From Trypanosoma brucei (taxonomy: Eukaryota), in contig CP000067.1 of the NCBI GenBank assembly GCA_000002445.1, forward strand, positions 672,001-736,000: a stretch of 64,000 nt of DNA. The letters run 5' to 3'. Shown piece by piece: positions 11,265-22,734 of this stretch. The translations under genes and the position numbers were made by a program. Position 1 is the stretch's first letter. Each line of letters starts with the position of its first letter. Under the pieces are notes generated by a model. It was not told where the DNA came from. It searched no databases and was given only the letters and a program-made list of their open reading frames with translations.

Positions 11265-14200
11265 GGGGTTGGTGAGGCGGAAGATGAGGAAATGGAGTGG
11301 TCCCCCTCCCCCCCCCCCCACACACACACACACATTTGAATCAATCAGTGTTGATTCGCGTATTTGAATGTATGTCAGCTTAAATATTAGTGATTTCACA
11401 CACTAGAAAGGGATAGACAGGCACCAAACTCAAAAAAAAAAATAGTGAGCGAGCTGGGGTGGAACGAGTGCAAACTCGGAGGAAAGAGAAGATAGAGAGA
11501 GGAACGGATAAAGATATGCATTATTTAGTGTGACACCATGGATAATAATGTCAAGAGGTACCAAGAAGAAGGCGAAAGAAAATGGAATAAATAGGAAAGA
11601 TGATAATTCACTGAAGCAATGGAAGGAATAAATAAATGTCGAGCAAGAAGGAAATGGCATTGGAATAGGAAGGTGGGGAAAGGCAAAAAATGGCGTTGAT
11701 GAGCTGTCAGAGTAAGTGGCAATGATAAAAGGATGTGAGAACAAATGATGGGTGTGCAGGTGATATATATATATATATGGATGATGGGAAGGAGAGAAGA
11801 ATAAGGAGAGAAATAGTAATATTTGTTGTCACAATGAGTATGGCGTCGGTCGTTACAAATCACCGTTGATTTGCCTATGCCATTTTCTTGTTGTTGTTGG
11901 TTTGGCATTGGTTATTTTTAGACTTTTTTTTCTAGTTTTTCTATATCCTAACGGTCGGCTCTGCGTTTGAATTCGTTTGATTGTTGCAGCTTTTGGTTCG
12001 TTCCCTCTTTCAGGTGATTTTTTTTTTCGTTTTTCCTCTTCACATGTCGGGTGGTACCATTTGTTTTTGTGTCAACGTTTCTTCATTCACTAGGGCGTGC
12101 GCCTAAAAGGATGCTGGAGTGAGTGGGGGAAAAAACCTGGATAAAAGGTGTTGATACCGCGTATGTCCATATATATTTATTTGTATACATATATGTGTGT
12201 ATGTAGCCGAAAAATGCGTGTTGTACTCATATCACTTTATTAATAGTAATAACGATAATGATGAAGGGTTCTCCACCACTCTTCATAAGAAATTCTTGCT
12301 AACATTATTATTAGTATTAGTATTATTGTTGTTATTATTGTTGTTGTAGTTGTTATTGGTCTCTCTTTTGATTTCGTTTTTTATCTTCTTTTTTTTTCCG
12401 GTTCATCTCATGACCCCACGAGGTTATCGAAAAAAAAAAAAGAGTGTTTTTCGATCTGCCCCACAATTTTTTTTCCCCCATCCCTTTTACCCATTAGCAC
12501 TACTCATCCGAGCAGATCGTCTGATTGTTTCTTTTGTTTTTTTTCTCTTTTATTACTTCCAAGTGGACCTCACCTGATGTCAAGTCCGGACAGAAAACAA
12601 ACACTTTCTGCTTACCGATTTGTTCTCTGGCCGGACGTGGCGTTGGTACCGTTTTTTTTTTCTTTTCTTTTCTCTCTTTTCTTTTTTCTTTCCTCTTTTT
12701 TGTTTCGGTCGTTCATCTTCACATTCTTATTTCCAAGGAATATTTCCGATCTTCATCCATTTTTGTTGTTGTTGTTGTTGTTGTCGTTGTTTTGATATTT
12801 TTGTTTTTTTATCCTTCGATATTATACGCATGTATTATTTCTTCAGATTTGGTTGCATAATGGAGGACGGTAGTGGTGATTATGGTAATATCAGTAGATT
12901 TCCGAGATGAGTGGCGAAAAGAAAAACACAAAGAAAAAAATAAATGAAAAATAATTAGAAAATAAAACAAGGAACACACACATACATATATATATATATA
13001 TATTTATTTATTTATTTATATATATACATAAACACGGGAAAAAACAAAAGAAGACAACTCGGCACTGCGTTTAAACGAACATATACATGCGGCAGTTACG
13101 TGTGGACGCGTTGCTCTGTACACACTTACGCTGACGCCATGAGACCTTTTTGAGTGTGCCACTAAAAATGCAACCTTCCTTCTTGCGTTCTCTTTTTTTT
13201 TTTTTTCCCCCCCTTTCCTCCTCCCCATTTCATGATTGACACTCCAAATGTATTGGTTTCGGTATAACTTGAGTAGGAAAAAGAAGGAAAAAGAAAAAAA
13301 AGATATAAATGCATATACATGTTTATTTGTATATTTGTACACATATGTACGCCCGTCGTATTGTGACTAGGAAATGGAGAGGAAGAAAGGAAGGGGATAA
13401 AAATGCAACAGGCGATCAATAAAAGAAGATGATGGGTTTCATCACTATTTGTATAGTTAAATTATAGATAACATGTATGGTGAGGTTATTTAAAAGATCC
13501 CACCATTCTTCACATCCGGTGCTACCGTACACAGTTTTTCACCAAGCGGTGATTCGTCCCTTTTCTTCTTCTTCTTCTCATTACTACTACTAATGTTAAT
13601 GTTATTATTCACTTTCTATTTATGTTTCTCTCCTATAGTTCGTTTCAACCACTGACACAAACGTTATCTTTTCCCTCTCGTTCTCTCTTTCTCTCTTTCC
13701 CTCTTCTTTTTTTATGCTTTGTCCTTGTTTTCTTCTTAAATATCAAAGCGTTTAGTACCCAACTGGGCTCACGCGTTATAATGAGGGTGATAAATAAGGA
13801 CGGGTTACATGTTTTTATTTATTTATATAATCAAAAATTATGTGCAGCGTGAGAAAGAAAGAAAAAAAGAAAAGAAAGTGACTTTAAAAGTTCAAAAACT
13901 ATACGTATATACACACATTTATTTATGTATTGTATGCGTATGTAAAAGGGAGGGACATGGAAATTACTAGAATTGAAGGAATGTCAGAGCAATAGTAATT
14001 TAAAGAGTGTAGTTAGAGAGCCTACGGTTGCCATTATGGTCATTTTTTACCGAAGGGTTACGAAATGTTTAAATGCATATAAATGTGTGTGTTTGTATGT
14101 GTTGTGCTATTCGTCTGATTAGCTGAAAGAAAGCATGTGGGCGTGCGCGTTATGTGAGTGACATTATACTCTGCCACAAGACTGCGTATGTGAAGTTGTG

Positions 14201-14950
14201 TTTCATTAGGCCTACATCCAACTTTAAAAAAAAAAAATGTGTTGCCTTATTTTATACACCACGTCGATGCATTCTCTTCCTGATTATTACCTTTCTTTTC
14301 TGTTTCGGTGCACGCCTTTCTTTTCCACACTTGCGTTGCGCTGCTACGAAGGATTGTTTTATTAGGATTAGATGATAGTGGAACCCATATGACACATAAT
14401 TAAGGGATAACAAAGAATGAAATTTGCAGGGTTTGAGTGAAAATGTATCTCACGCCATGTGGAGAAGGATATGCTCCTTCATAAATGGCACAATGTGCTT
14501 AACATATCAACTGTGCATGGGGGAGGTGATGATAAGAAATAACAATTTTTTTTTTAAAAAAAAAGAAAGCGAAGAAGGAATACCGACTTGAAGTCGTTTG
14601 TTTTGCATGATGCTGAAGGCTTGCCACCGTGTGTTCCGTTGCTGTGGTTGTTTTGCTTTTGGTTCACAGCCTTCACCACGTTCCGGTGGTTACTGCGTTA
14701 GCTCCAATGGGGTTTGGTATTATTATTTTTTTTTCTCTGTGAATTATTTGTGAGGTTGTTTTTTTTTTGGGGGGGGTGGTGAAGAGGGCGGTGGGGAGAT
14801 GGGGCCCTTTGGTTGTTTTCCCTCACCTCTTTTTCCATTTTACTTTTATCAGTTTCCTTTGCATCATGTTGTTGTTGTTGTTGTCGTTGGCTCATACGAG
14901 CACCAACCAAAGACATTACACGCACGCTTACGTATAGGGATGATCATTGC

Positions 14951-15032
14951 ACTTTGTTGCTGCCGCTCTCTTCAAGTTGATTTTTCTTCGTTTGTTTCCC
15001 ATTTTTTTTTTCTGTCAAAAAAAAAAAAAATA
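14951..15032 (+). promoter_or_regulatory. Polypyrimidine tract plus AG (putative splice-acceptor) upstream of the 1628-aa gene
   Basis: tcttcaagttgatttttcttcgtttgtttcccattttttttttctg followed by an A-run and an AG at about 15031. The start ATG at 15074 is 40-60 nt downstream. Confidence 0.5.
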
Positions 15033-15073
15033 GTGTAACGCACGATCATCCGACAATCAAGCGGACGTCAGAT

Positions 15074-18000
15074 ATGCACAGCGTCAATCCCTACCTTTCA
15101 GCGATGTCGTTTAAAAGCACGGACTCCAGATTTGAGGTAACTTTACCGCCGTCTCACTGCGAAGCGCTTCAGGGTATAAACAGGCAAGAAAAACCCAAAA
15201 CCACTACTGTACCCCAGACGAACCATCCGCTACCACTCAGTGATTATGCGCAACCCATTGTCCGTAAAGCCGGCTTGGTTAAAGCGTCAACAAGTAGTGT
15301 TGTTTCCCAATTCCGTGCTGAGGGTAGTGTTATGGAGCCGGTACATGCTCTCCACACTTGTATTCGTCATTTCCTTTCACATCCCGAGGTGTACGGCAGC
15401 GATGTACGTGCTATGCTAGATCGAGAACTAATGTACGTTATGCGTGTGAAAGCGTCGGAAAGCGCCCTGCTGACATCCACCACCGTCCCTGTTTCCAGCG
15501 TATCACTCCCTTCCATTGCCAACACGGTGCCGGAGAATAACAAAGTCGGTACTTCTTTCCTCGGTAAATGTTCCAATTGGGTGGTCACGCCACGCTCCGT
15601 AGATGCGGCGGTAAACTTGGATGCGGCGTTTGGCCCCAACGGCATGTTTGGGCTCGGGAGCGCGAAGCTGGTTGATGGATCCACAGGACTATTTTCACTA
15701 CTTGAACGAAATAGAAATCTCCTGACAATTCAGGAGCGGCAGCTGCCAATGGAAGATGGCGAAGAGAAGGGTTCGCCCTCGACTATGAGTCCCTTGAATG
15801 ATTGGGAAGAAAAGAGTGTAAAAACCGATGGCGGACGTTATCGCGAAAAGTCTCGAGTGCATTTTTCCGTCAATACGCAGTCAGGACCGGATGTGTCCAG
15901 TGAATATGGAGCAAAGTTGCTCATTGATGGTGCAGGATACGAAATATCATTTCTCAGAAGTCAACTTCACCAAGTCGAGGCGGCGTACAACGCAAAGTGT
16001 ATTCGCCTTCATGAGCTACAGCAGGAAAGTAATCGGTTCGCGACTGAGCTAGAGAGTTTGGAAGAGAGAAATCGTCAACAAAATGCAAAGATTAATGAGC
16101 TGAGTCAACAGGTTGATGGTCTAACACGCGAGGCGGAGCGGTGGAAACGCCGTGCTAATGAAATTAACATTAATGAAAAGGCTCACGGCGGGCGGGGTCC
16201 AACAGATCAAACACGCCGAATGCAGGCATCGCAGTACGTAGAGCTCAAGAGGGAGTATACGCACATGTCGCAGCTCTGGAGAGAAACGGAGAAGTCGTTG
16301 CAGGAGACAAGGCGTTCTTTGGAGAGTGCAGAGAAGGAAAATCGTGTCTCACACCGCTACCTGACGGATGCCTTTTCCTTCATTGAGAGGCTGGAGCGTC
16401 GAATCAAGCGGCGCGACGACTTCATCGAGAAACTAAAGCTTCGACAAGACTCCATGGAAGAGCGGTACGAAAAGATTTTGTGGTGCTTGAATGAGTTGCA
16501 AACCCTTAGGGGTCAGCACTCCTACGTAGACTATCTTCTCTCCGAGAATAACGTGTGGTCCATGTTTCTTTTCTCACGTCTTCAATGCCGCTTGGCGAGT
16601 GTGGGTCACGTTGACGAGGTGGCATACGATACAAGTATCCCCCTCTATTTCCGACGCACGGCAGCAGGAGGGAAGTTGGCCGATGCTTACAGCCCACAGC
16701 TTGTGTACAGATTGATAACAGAACACGTTCAGGGAAAGCGAAGGGGCCTACCGGTGGCCAATGATACTTTCCCCTTCGCAGTACCATGCTGGAGGGGGAT
16801 GCATTCTATTAGCTACTTTTCTGCTACCGGCGGCAACCGGACTCCCAACACAAGCATTATGCTCTCTGGGGAGCTAACTCATGATCGACCGCGGCGCAGT
16901 CTACCGCTCCTGACGCTCGCAACTGTGCTGCTGCCACCGCAGAATGGCGCAGCACCCGGGGAAGTGATTGTCGATGAAGATATACCCAACAGTGGACAGT
17001 ACGACCAACTCACTCTCCGCTACCTTATATATTGCTTCTGGGGAGAGCGTTTGACGCAGTACAAGCGGGAAACGGAGCGTCGGCGTGAAGAATACATAGC
17101 TGCAAGGGAAAAGGCGGCTGCACTTGATATTTCAGTTGACGTGGACATAGAGAGTGGGGCAAATGACATGGATGAAAGCATTAAATTTCCCACTTTCTTG
17201 GCTGCTCTTGTTGAATACGTGCGCCGCCTTTGCCCCTATAAGGCTCCGAAAGGGGAAGAGGAGAGTGCGCCCAAGCTTGTGGGTCCCGTCTTTGTTCGTG
17301 GTGTGGTGCTCAACCTCGAGGGAGCGCCTGCCAACCCACGCATGTGCCTTCCCTTCATCTTTCAAAAAGAAGAAAACGGGTCGGAGACGCCAGTTCCACT
17401 TTCCCCTCAGGCCCGTGAGCTGCTCTTCGCACTTTACTACTACGCGGAGGAATACAAGGATGTGGACTCGGACTTCCGCCTCTTCCACCTGGTTGCACAT
17501 CAGCAGTTACCTGAGTTGGTTGCCATCAACTTCTACGCCAGCATGGAGGCCATGCGCACCGAATGCGATAACGTTATTTGCGAGAGCCTCAGGGGGACCC
17601 GGAACGCACCCGAAGACAAAACGTGCGACGGTGCTGAACAGCAATGCCCGGACGAAGCTACAACGGAATTACTTTTCACTGATTCGCCAGCGGAGACACT
17701 GCGCAAGGTGGCAGTGATGGTCGACGAGGCCCCTCTAGCTGAGGAAGACACTTGCATGGAGGCTGATAGTGATGGAGAAGGGTATGGTGTTATACTTCCG
17801 GGAGCCGTAGGGGAAAATGAGGGGAACAAGGAGAAGCAAGAGGCCGGGCAGGAGCCGACCCCTTGCTACTTGACGAAGTTGAAACATGACATCCTGGCTT
17901 GTCTCAACAGGAATACCGAAAAACCTGAGGCCAGTGCCACCAATACTTCTGTACGGTCACCTAAGGCCGACGATACCACCGAAACATCAGACGCACTCTC

Positions 18001-19960
18001 CGTCCCGAAACAGTGGAAGCGCATCGACGAAAAGTTGCAGCACATGCTGGCTCCATTTTCGTCCCTTTTGCATGCATTTAAGAAATACAAGGAGCGAAGG
18101 TCTCTCGGCGGGCGGCGTTGCGACAGACATAAGGCGAGATGTCGTTTAGATATGCTTCCCGGTTCCCGGTCACTGATTGCCATTGAGACGTTTATTGCAA
18201 TACTGCATAAGCATTGCTTTGCCACATACGCCCTCTCCTGTTCCGGAAGTGTCCGCTCCTCGCTTCTTGACGCTGCAATGAAGGGTGGCCATGGTGGGAA
18301 TGACGCAAATGATGTGGGCCCCTTCACACGTGTTGGCCAATTGCCGCCCATGAACAAGCACATCCGCCGCCTGCGGTTTGCCATTGCAATGGATCAGCCC
18401 TCCTCTCTTTTGCGATACACCGACCTCTTCACTGTGGATTCGCGGTTTGGTACGCCATCTCACTTCCATAACGAATACCTTAGATTAACCATCGATACGT
18501 ACCTTGAGCAACAAGAGGCATACATGAATATCATCCTTGGTTCATGTGTGGTTCGTGATGGACGCACCATTCCCACTCCAGTGGTGGATTCGGATGGCAT
18601 CTTGCCATTCCCGGCGCTTCGGGCGGGTTTTGAAGCCGTTCTTCGGAAGTTGTCTTTCGCTCCCAAAGAAAGCAACATAGTGGCCAAACATTTCCTTAAC
18701 TACTGTGACTTGCTGCGACATGAGGATGATATCCGGCAGGAACAATACGTTGATGCACCGCTAGTAATATGCGCAGAGGTGGTATCTAAAAAAGATTTTG
18801 CGAGAGAATCTGCATTACTGAGAGAGCACAGTTGGTCTGTGGAGGATGAGGCAGCCTCCTGTTCACTTTTGCATCTCTCGTTTGCCGCACGAATGATGTA
18901 TATTGTTTGGGGATTGAATTCCTCTTCGAAAGGGCGGTTAGCGATCTCAATGCTTCCAGGAGCTGCCCGTAGTTTTGTGAACGCAGGTTGTACGATTGGC
19001 GGGCAGTTGGTGCCTTCAGAGAGCTCCGACTCCGCAGAAGGGTTATGCCCACTTCGAGAGGACCTTGAGCCCCTCTTTAGGTTTGAAGTGGAGGAAGAGT
19101 GCCGTGATGCGCTAAACCGCGCTAAAGTTGGGTACGGGCGACGCAATGAATTGCGGCAGCTGCTGATGGAAACAGAAGATGTACCGACAACGAAGGCAAC
19201 GGAGTCATCAGCGGCAATCACCGACGTGCGAGAGGTCGAGGGAATGGATCCGTGGGAGTTGCTGGTAGATATTGGTTGCTTTTGTCCCCTTTTTGGTGCT
19301 AGATTGCGTCCGGGAACACATTCATTGCACGGGGAAGCCACGTCCGTGTGTTCTAGGAAGACTAGAACTTCCAAGCGCGTTTCTCCGAGGCCATCGTCAT
19401 GTGACACCGATGCCCCAGCGGGAGCCATTCATTTGTCAGGTGGCGCCTCGCTTTTACGGTTTTTCGGTGCCCGGCGGGCTGCGAAAACGAAAGGCGATAA
19501 GCGGAAGTCAAAGAATCGCAGGAACTCTCAAGAATTACCGGGAGCAGTGTTCGCGCAAGTACTGCGTTCTGAGGTCGCGCCTGTTCACTACCAAAGTATA
19601 TTAGAAAACCTTGCTGCTGTGAGCTCTGAGGCAAACGCCTCCGTTAAGTGTGTTGTTGACCTTGCGAATGCCACAAGTCTCCTTCGTAATCCCCATGTTT
19701 CGTCGCCCCACTCCGCATCGTTACAGCAGCAGACGGAGGTAAGCAATTCTACGATCCCCGAATCGCCGGCCTCACGGCGCTCAAGGGCGGCAAAGGGCCG
19801 AGATGGTCACGCATCATTTTTGGATGGCAGCGAGCAGCGGGCCTACAGCCCACTCGCCATGTCATCTTCAGACAAAAGCGAGCTGGAAGGCGGGGATCTG
19901 GCACCCTCGTCGTTGGCGAGACAACTCCACGTTGCCTCCGCAGTACTCAGTTTATTGTAA
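15074..19960 (+). CDS. Large hypothetical protein (1628 aa) with a predicted coiled-coil segment
   Basis: 4.9 kb ATG-initiated ORF. It contains a heptad-like charged region (EERNRQQNAKINELSQQVDGLTREAERWKRRANEI ... LERRIKRRDDFIEKLKLRQDSMEERYEKIL) around 16050-16480 and a basic tail (RRAAKTKGDKRKSKNRRNS) near 19470. Confidence 0.65.
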   Translation: MHSVNPYLSAMSFKSTDSRFEVTLPPSHCEALQGINRQEKPKTTTVPQTNHPLPLSDYAQPIVRKAGLVKASTSSVVSQFRAEGSVMEPVHALHTCIRHFLSHPEVYGSDVRAMLDRELMYVMRVKASESALLTSTTVPVSSVSLPSIANTVPENNKVGTSFLGKCSNWVVTPRSVDAAVNLDAAFGPNGMFGLGSAKLVDGSTGLFSLLERNRNLLTIQERQLPMEDGEEKGSPSTMSPLNDWEEKSVKTDGGRYREKSRVHFSVNTQSGPDVSSEYGAKLLIDGAGYEISFLRSQLHQVEAAYNAKCIRLHELQQESNRFATELESLEERNRQQNAKINELSQQVDGLTREAERWKRRANEININEKAHGGRGPTDQTRRMQASQYVELKREYTHMSQLWRETEKSLQETRRSLESAEKENRVSHRYLTDAFSFIERLERRIKRRDDFIEKLKLRQDSMEERYEKILWCLNELQTLRGQHSYVDYLLSENNVWSMFLFSRLQCRLASVGHVDEVAYDTSIPLYFRRTAAGGKLADAYSPQLVYRLITEHVQGKRRGLPVANDTFPFAVPCWRGMHSISYFSATGGNRTPNTSIMLSGELTHDRPRRSLPLLTLATVLLPPQNGAAPGEVIVDEDIPNSGQYDQLTLRYLIYCFWGERLTQYKRETERRREEYIAAREKAAALDISVDVDIESGANDMDESIKFPTFLAALVEYVRRLCPYKAPKGEEESAPKLVGPVFVRGVVLNLEGAPANPRMCLPFIFQKEENGSETPVPLSPQARELLFALYYYAEEYKDVDSDFRLFHLVAHQQLPELVAINFYASMEAMRTECDNVICESLRGTRNAPEDKTCDGAEQQCPDEATTELLFTDSPAETLRKVAVMVDEAPLAEEDTCMEADSDGEGYGVILPGAVGENEGNKEKQEAGQEPTPCYLTKLKHDILACLNRNTEKPEASATNTSVRSPKADDTTETSDALSVPKQWKRIDEKLQHMLAPFSSLLHAFKKYKERRSLGGRRCDRHKARCRLDMLPGSRSLIAIETFIAILHKHCFATYALSCSGSVRSSLLDAAMKGGHGGNDANDVGPFTRVGQLPPMNKHIRRLRFAIAMDQPSSLLRYTDLFTVDSRFGTPSHFHNEYLRLTIDTYLEQQEAYMNIILGSCVVRDGRTIPTPVVDSDGILPFPALRAGFEAVLRKLSFAPKESNIVAKHFLNYCDLLRHEDDIRQEQYVDAPLVICAEVVSKKDFARESALLREHSWSVEDEAASCSLLHLSFAARMMYIVWGLNSSSKGRLAISMLPGAARSFVNAGCTIGGQLVPSESSDSAEGLCPLREDLEPLFRFEVEEECRDALNRAKVGYGRRNELRQLLMETEDVPTTKATESSAAITDVREVEGMDPWELLVDIGCFCPLFGARLRPGTHSLHGEATSVCSRKTRTSKRVSPRPSSCDTDAPAGAIHLSGGASLLRFFGARRAAKTKGDKRKSKNRRNSQELPGAVFAQVLRSEVAPVHYQSILENLAAVSSEANASVKCVVDLANATSLLRNPHVSSPHSASLQQQTEVSNSTIPESPASRRSRAAKGRDGHASFLDGSEQRAYSPLAMSSSDKSELEGGDLAPSSLARQLHVASAVLSLL

Positions 19961-21277
19961 GAGAAAGCTCTTACGAGAAAGAGAGGAAAGGATGGGAGGA
20001 GAGCGGGAAAAGAAAAAAAGGGGGAAAATGCAGAACAAACAAATACGACAAGCGGTTGGGATGAGGAAGCGAGGAGGTTGTAGAGGAAACTACGAGTTGA
20101 CGTAAAGAAGGAAGACTGAGCACTTTGGGAGGGGAAGGATAGAACTCTAACTCATTGTTGGGTGCTCCCACCGGTGATAGTGGACGGTGACGGCATGTAA
20201 ATGTGTTTTACACATGTCTCTCTTGTGTGTTTTTGTGATAGTTTTGAATTGTATGATGTCATCCCAAGGAGCGAAACTCGTCACCTTCGACCCCTAACCC
20301 ACACACGCGCGCACGTACTTCTCTTCCTCAATGTTTTTTATAGACATCTGATGCGCCGCATGGCTTCAGAAGGCGTTTTTTTTTTTTTTCCGAATAGCTC
20401 TCAGTCACTTGATGTAAATTTGTATACTCTTCACCTTTGGTATTACGGTCATTTACAGTTGTTTGCGGTCGGTTACACACCACGGCAGGTGGGCAGATTT
20501 CCCCCCTTCCCCGACCTTCGGCTTTATTCTTTGATCATTTTGAATATTTATTGTGTTTGGCAATACTGCGGACTTCAAGGCCACATCGGTCCCCGTGGGT
20601 GTCAAGTCCCACATGTGTCTACACCTGACCAGAGCGATATGGCTAGCAACTTTCAACCGTATTGACCTTTTTTTTTCCTCAGTTTTGCATCTTACGGGTT
20701 TAAAGGCGTTGTACAGTTTTCGGGTCGATCGGCTGTTGACATGTCGCCAGCCCACGGAGGCGAAGGGGGGGAATGACCGCGTTGAGATGAATCTTTTTCT
20801 CACTTTTTTTTCTTTTTTGAATGGTGCCTTTGGAAGTTGAAACGAGCATCGCAGGTCAGCGGATTGAGGCAAATGTTAGATCAGTACAACATTTTCCCGG
20901 AGCACATGCTGCTGTCCATTCTTGGGCCTTATTCCTGTCACCTTGAAAATTAAAAAAAGGTGATAAAGGAAAGAAGGCAGTCGGACAAAGGGGGAAAATT
21001 TGTGTTTACACCTGATCGGACCACTTTTCTTTCTTTTTCTTTTGATCCATCAGTTTAGCTGACTGGATAGCTGATTGACCCTGGGATTTTTGGTCCTGGG
21101 AAGACGTTGCATGAAATTAAGCCACCCATCACTGTCACTTTTCTGGAGGCGCCCGTCAAGCTGCTGCGTCTTGTCACTGCACTTCCCATATTATGTTGCA
21201 TTCGTTTTTACCTTCTGAAATTGTTCTCCATTACATGCACACGACAACAACAGTATCGTGGGGTTCGCGTCAGTGCG

Positions 21278-22009
21278 ATGCGCGGCGTGGTGTACTACGG
21301 CGAGCAGTTTGTAGAGGTTCCCGATGCAACCGTCACGCTGAGGGATATATGCACATCATTCGGCCTGACGGGAGAGTTTGTGGGTTTTTCATTGAAAAAC
21401 CGGGCTAGCGGTCTCGTTGTGGCCACGCTTCCTTTTGAGGTTCTCCCCGAAGTGTCAAGTGCCAGTGGCGACGTCGATGAGATGACGTACGATCTTATCA
21501 CACCTGCTGACGGCGATGCCGCAACGGAGGAGAGAGATCCAACAACTGACGATATGACGGACATCTTAAAACAACTCGTGCAGCTTGGCGCCACCCCTTT
21601 ACTTAGCGCAGAGACCGACGCATTGATAGATCCGTACGAACCGCGAGCGGCACCAGGGCTTTTGCTTCGCACCATTTACCCACCGTCTGCTTATTGTCCA
21701 TACCGCTACCGTGGCGACCCCGTCAAAGCGGTTGGGCGTTTTGGTGCAACATCCTCCGCTGCGACACATTCAGCGAGTCCGCCATATATGAGTGCTGTGG
21801 AAGTGTACACTGTGGAAAAGGCAACAGGGGCAGCGCTACGAGGTCGTCCAGACCTGACGCCAAAAACCGAGGAGGAAGCAAATGATATTATGCGGGGGTT
21901 GCTTACAGCGGCAACGCAAGCGAAGGCGATGATTGCGCTAACAAGCGCAGAGGAGCGTCGCCACGCGGAGGTGGATGTCAAGCCGAACATTTATCCCACG
22001 GCCACTTAG
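21278..22009 (+). CDS. Hypothetical protein (243 aa from the first ATG)
   Basis: The track ORF begins at TTG (21107) and the first in-frame ATG is 21278 (MRGVVYYGEQ...). Coding-like GC composition compared with its flanks, with no recognisable motif. Confidence 0.5.
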   Translation: MRGVVYYGEQFVEVPDATVTLRDICTSFGLTGEFVGFSLKNRASGLVVATLPFEVLPEVSSASGDVDEMTYDLITPADGDAATEERDPTTDDMTDILKQLVQLGATPLLSAETDALIDPYEPRAAPGLLLRTIYPPSAYCPYRYRGDPVKAVGRFGATSSAATHSASPPYMSAVEVYTVEKATGAALRGRPDLTPKTEEEANDIMRGLLTAATQAKAMIALTSAEERRHAEVDVKPNIYPTAT

Positions 22010-22654
22010 TTTGCGGAGGTGAAACGGACGCGTATGCGCGCGCAAGGGACAAAAAAAAAAGAGTTCGTGGTGGGGTTTGTTTCTACTGGTTTCTCAGATA
22101 ACGACGCAGGATGGTTTGAAGTACCCCTGTCATTTCGTTTTGGTACTTTGTTATGCGATTGTCGTACAGTCAGCGTGTGGCTGACGTTTACCTGAGATAT
22201 TTTCTATTTACAGCGAATAAGAAGAATGTAACGGAGCACAATAAGACACACACCTGACCGACTTGGCAAAATTCTGGTATTTGCTAAAGCACTGTTGAGT
22301 GGTTGACAGAACTTGGTGTCAATTAATGCATCCTCGTTGCATAAAAAATTGGGGCATGGGAGTCTGACGCTCCCGCGCGGGACACTGTGTGGATGTGACG
22401 CGGTGAAGTGTTTTTTCTTCGTTCTGTGATTATTGCATACAGAAGGGTGGCGGAAGCTCCTGCGCTGAGTGGGTGTTGGTCACACCTGAAGACGAGGCCT
22501 CGTCAACTTCCTCACTTCGTCTCTTGCTGGTGGGAGAGGGAAGAGTTGCATCACGTTGAAGAAAGAAGAAAAAATGTTAAGTACATGGTGCTTTTGTTTT
22601 TGATCTTGTCCTGTCAAATTGACATACACAAGCACATAAGCTCCCTCATTACAC

Positions 22655-22705
22655 TATGTTCTCTTTCGCCCTGTATTCGTTTCCGTTTTTATTGTTGTGT
22701 GCGCA
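22655..22705 (+). promoter_or_regulatory. Polypyrimidine tract (putative splice-acceptor region) upstream of the DEAD-box helicase
   Basis: ctctttcgccctgtattcgtttccgtttttattgttgtgtgcgc followed by AG dinucleotides. ATG at 22735. Confidence 0.45.
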
Positions 22706-22734
22706 CAGTTTTGTGAGGTGGTAGCAGCAACGAA

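Noticed and set aside
11690-11760. Cluster of TGATGA and ATGATG motifs (ttgatgagctgtcag...aatgatgg) considered as a snoRNA
   Set aside because: There is no CUGA D or D' box within 60-100 nt and no flanking inverted repeat. It is likely chance in purine-rich sequence.
18700-19428. 242-aa minus-strand ORF
   Set aside because: It is antisense to the 1628-aa + strand CDS with no independent support. In a unidirectional trypanosomatid unit, minus-strand genes are not expected.
20201-20665. 154-aa + strand ORF in the 19961-21277 intergenic region
   Set aside because: It has no domain signal and mixed low-complexity composition, and it is overlapped by a similar-sized antisense ORF. I treated it as UTR sequence.
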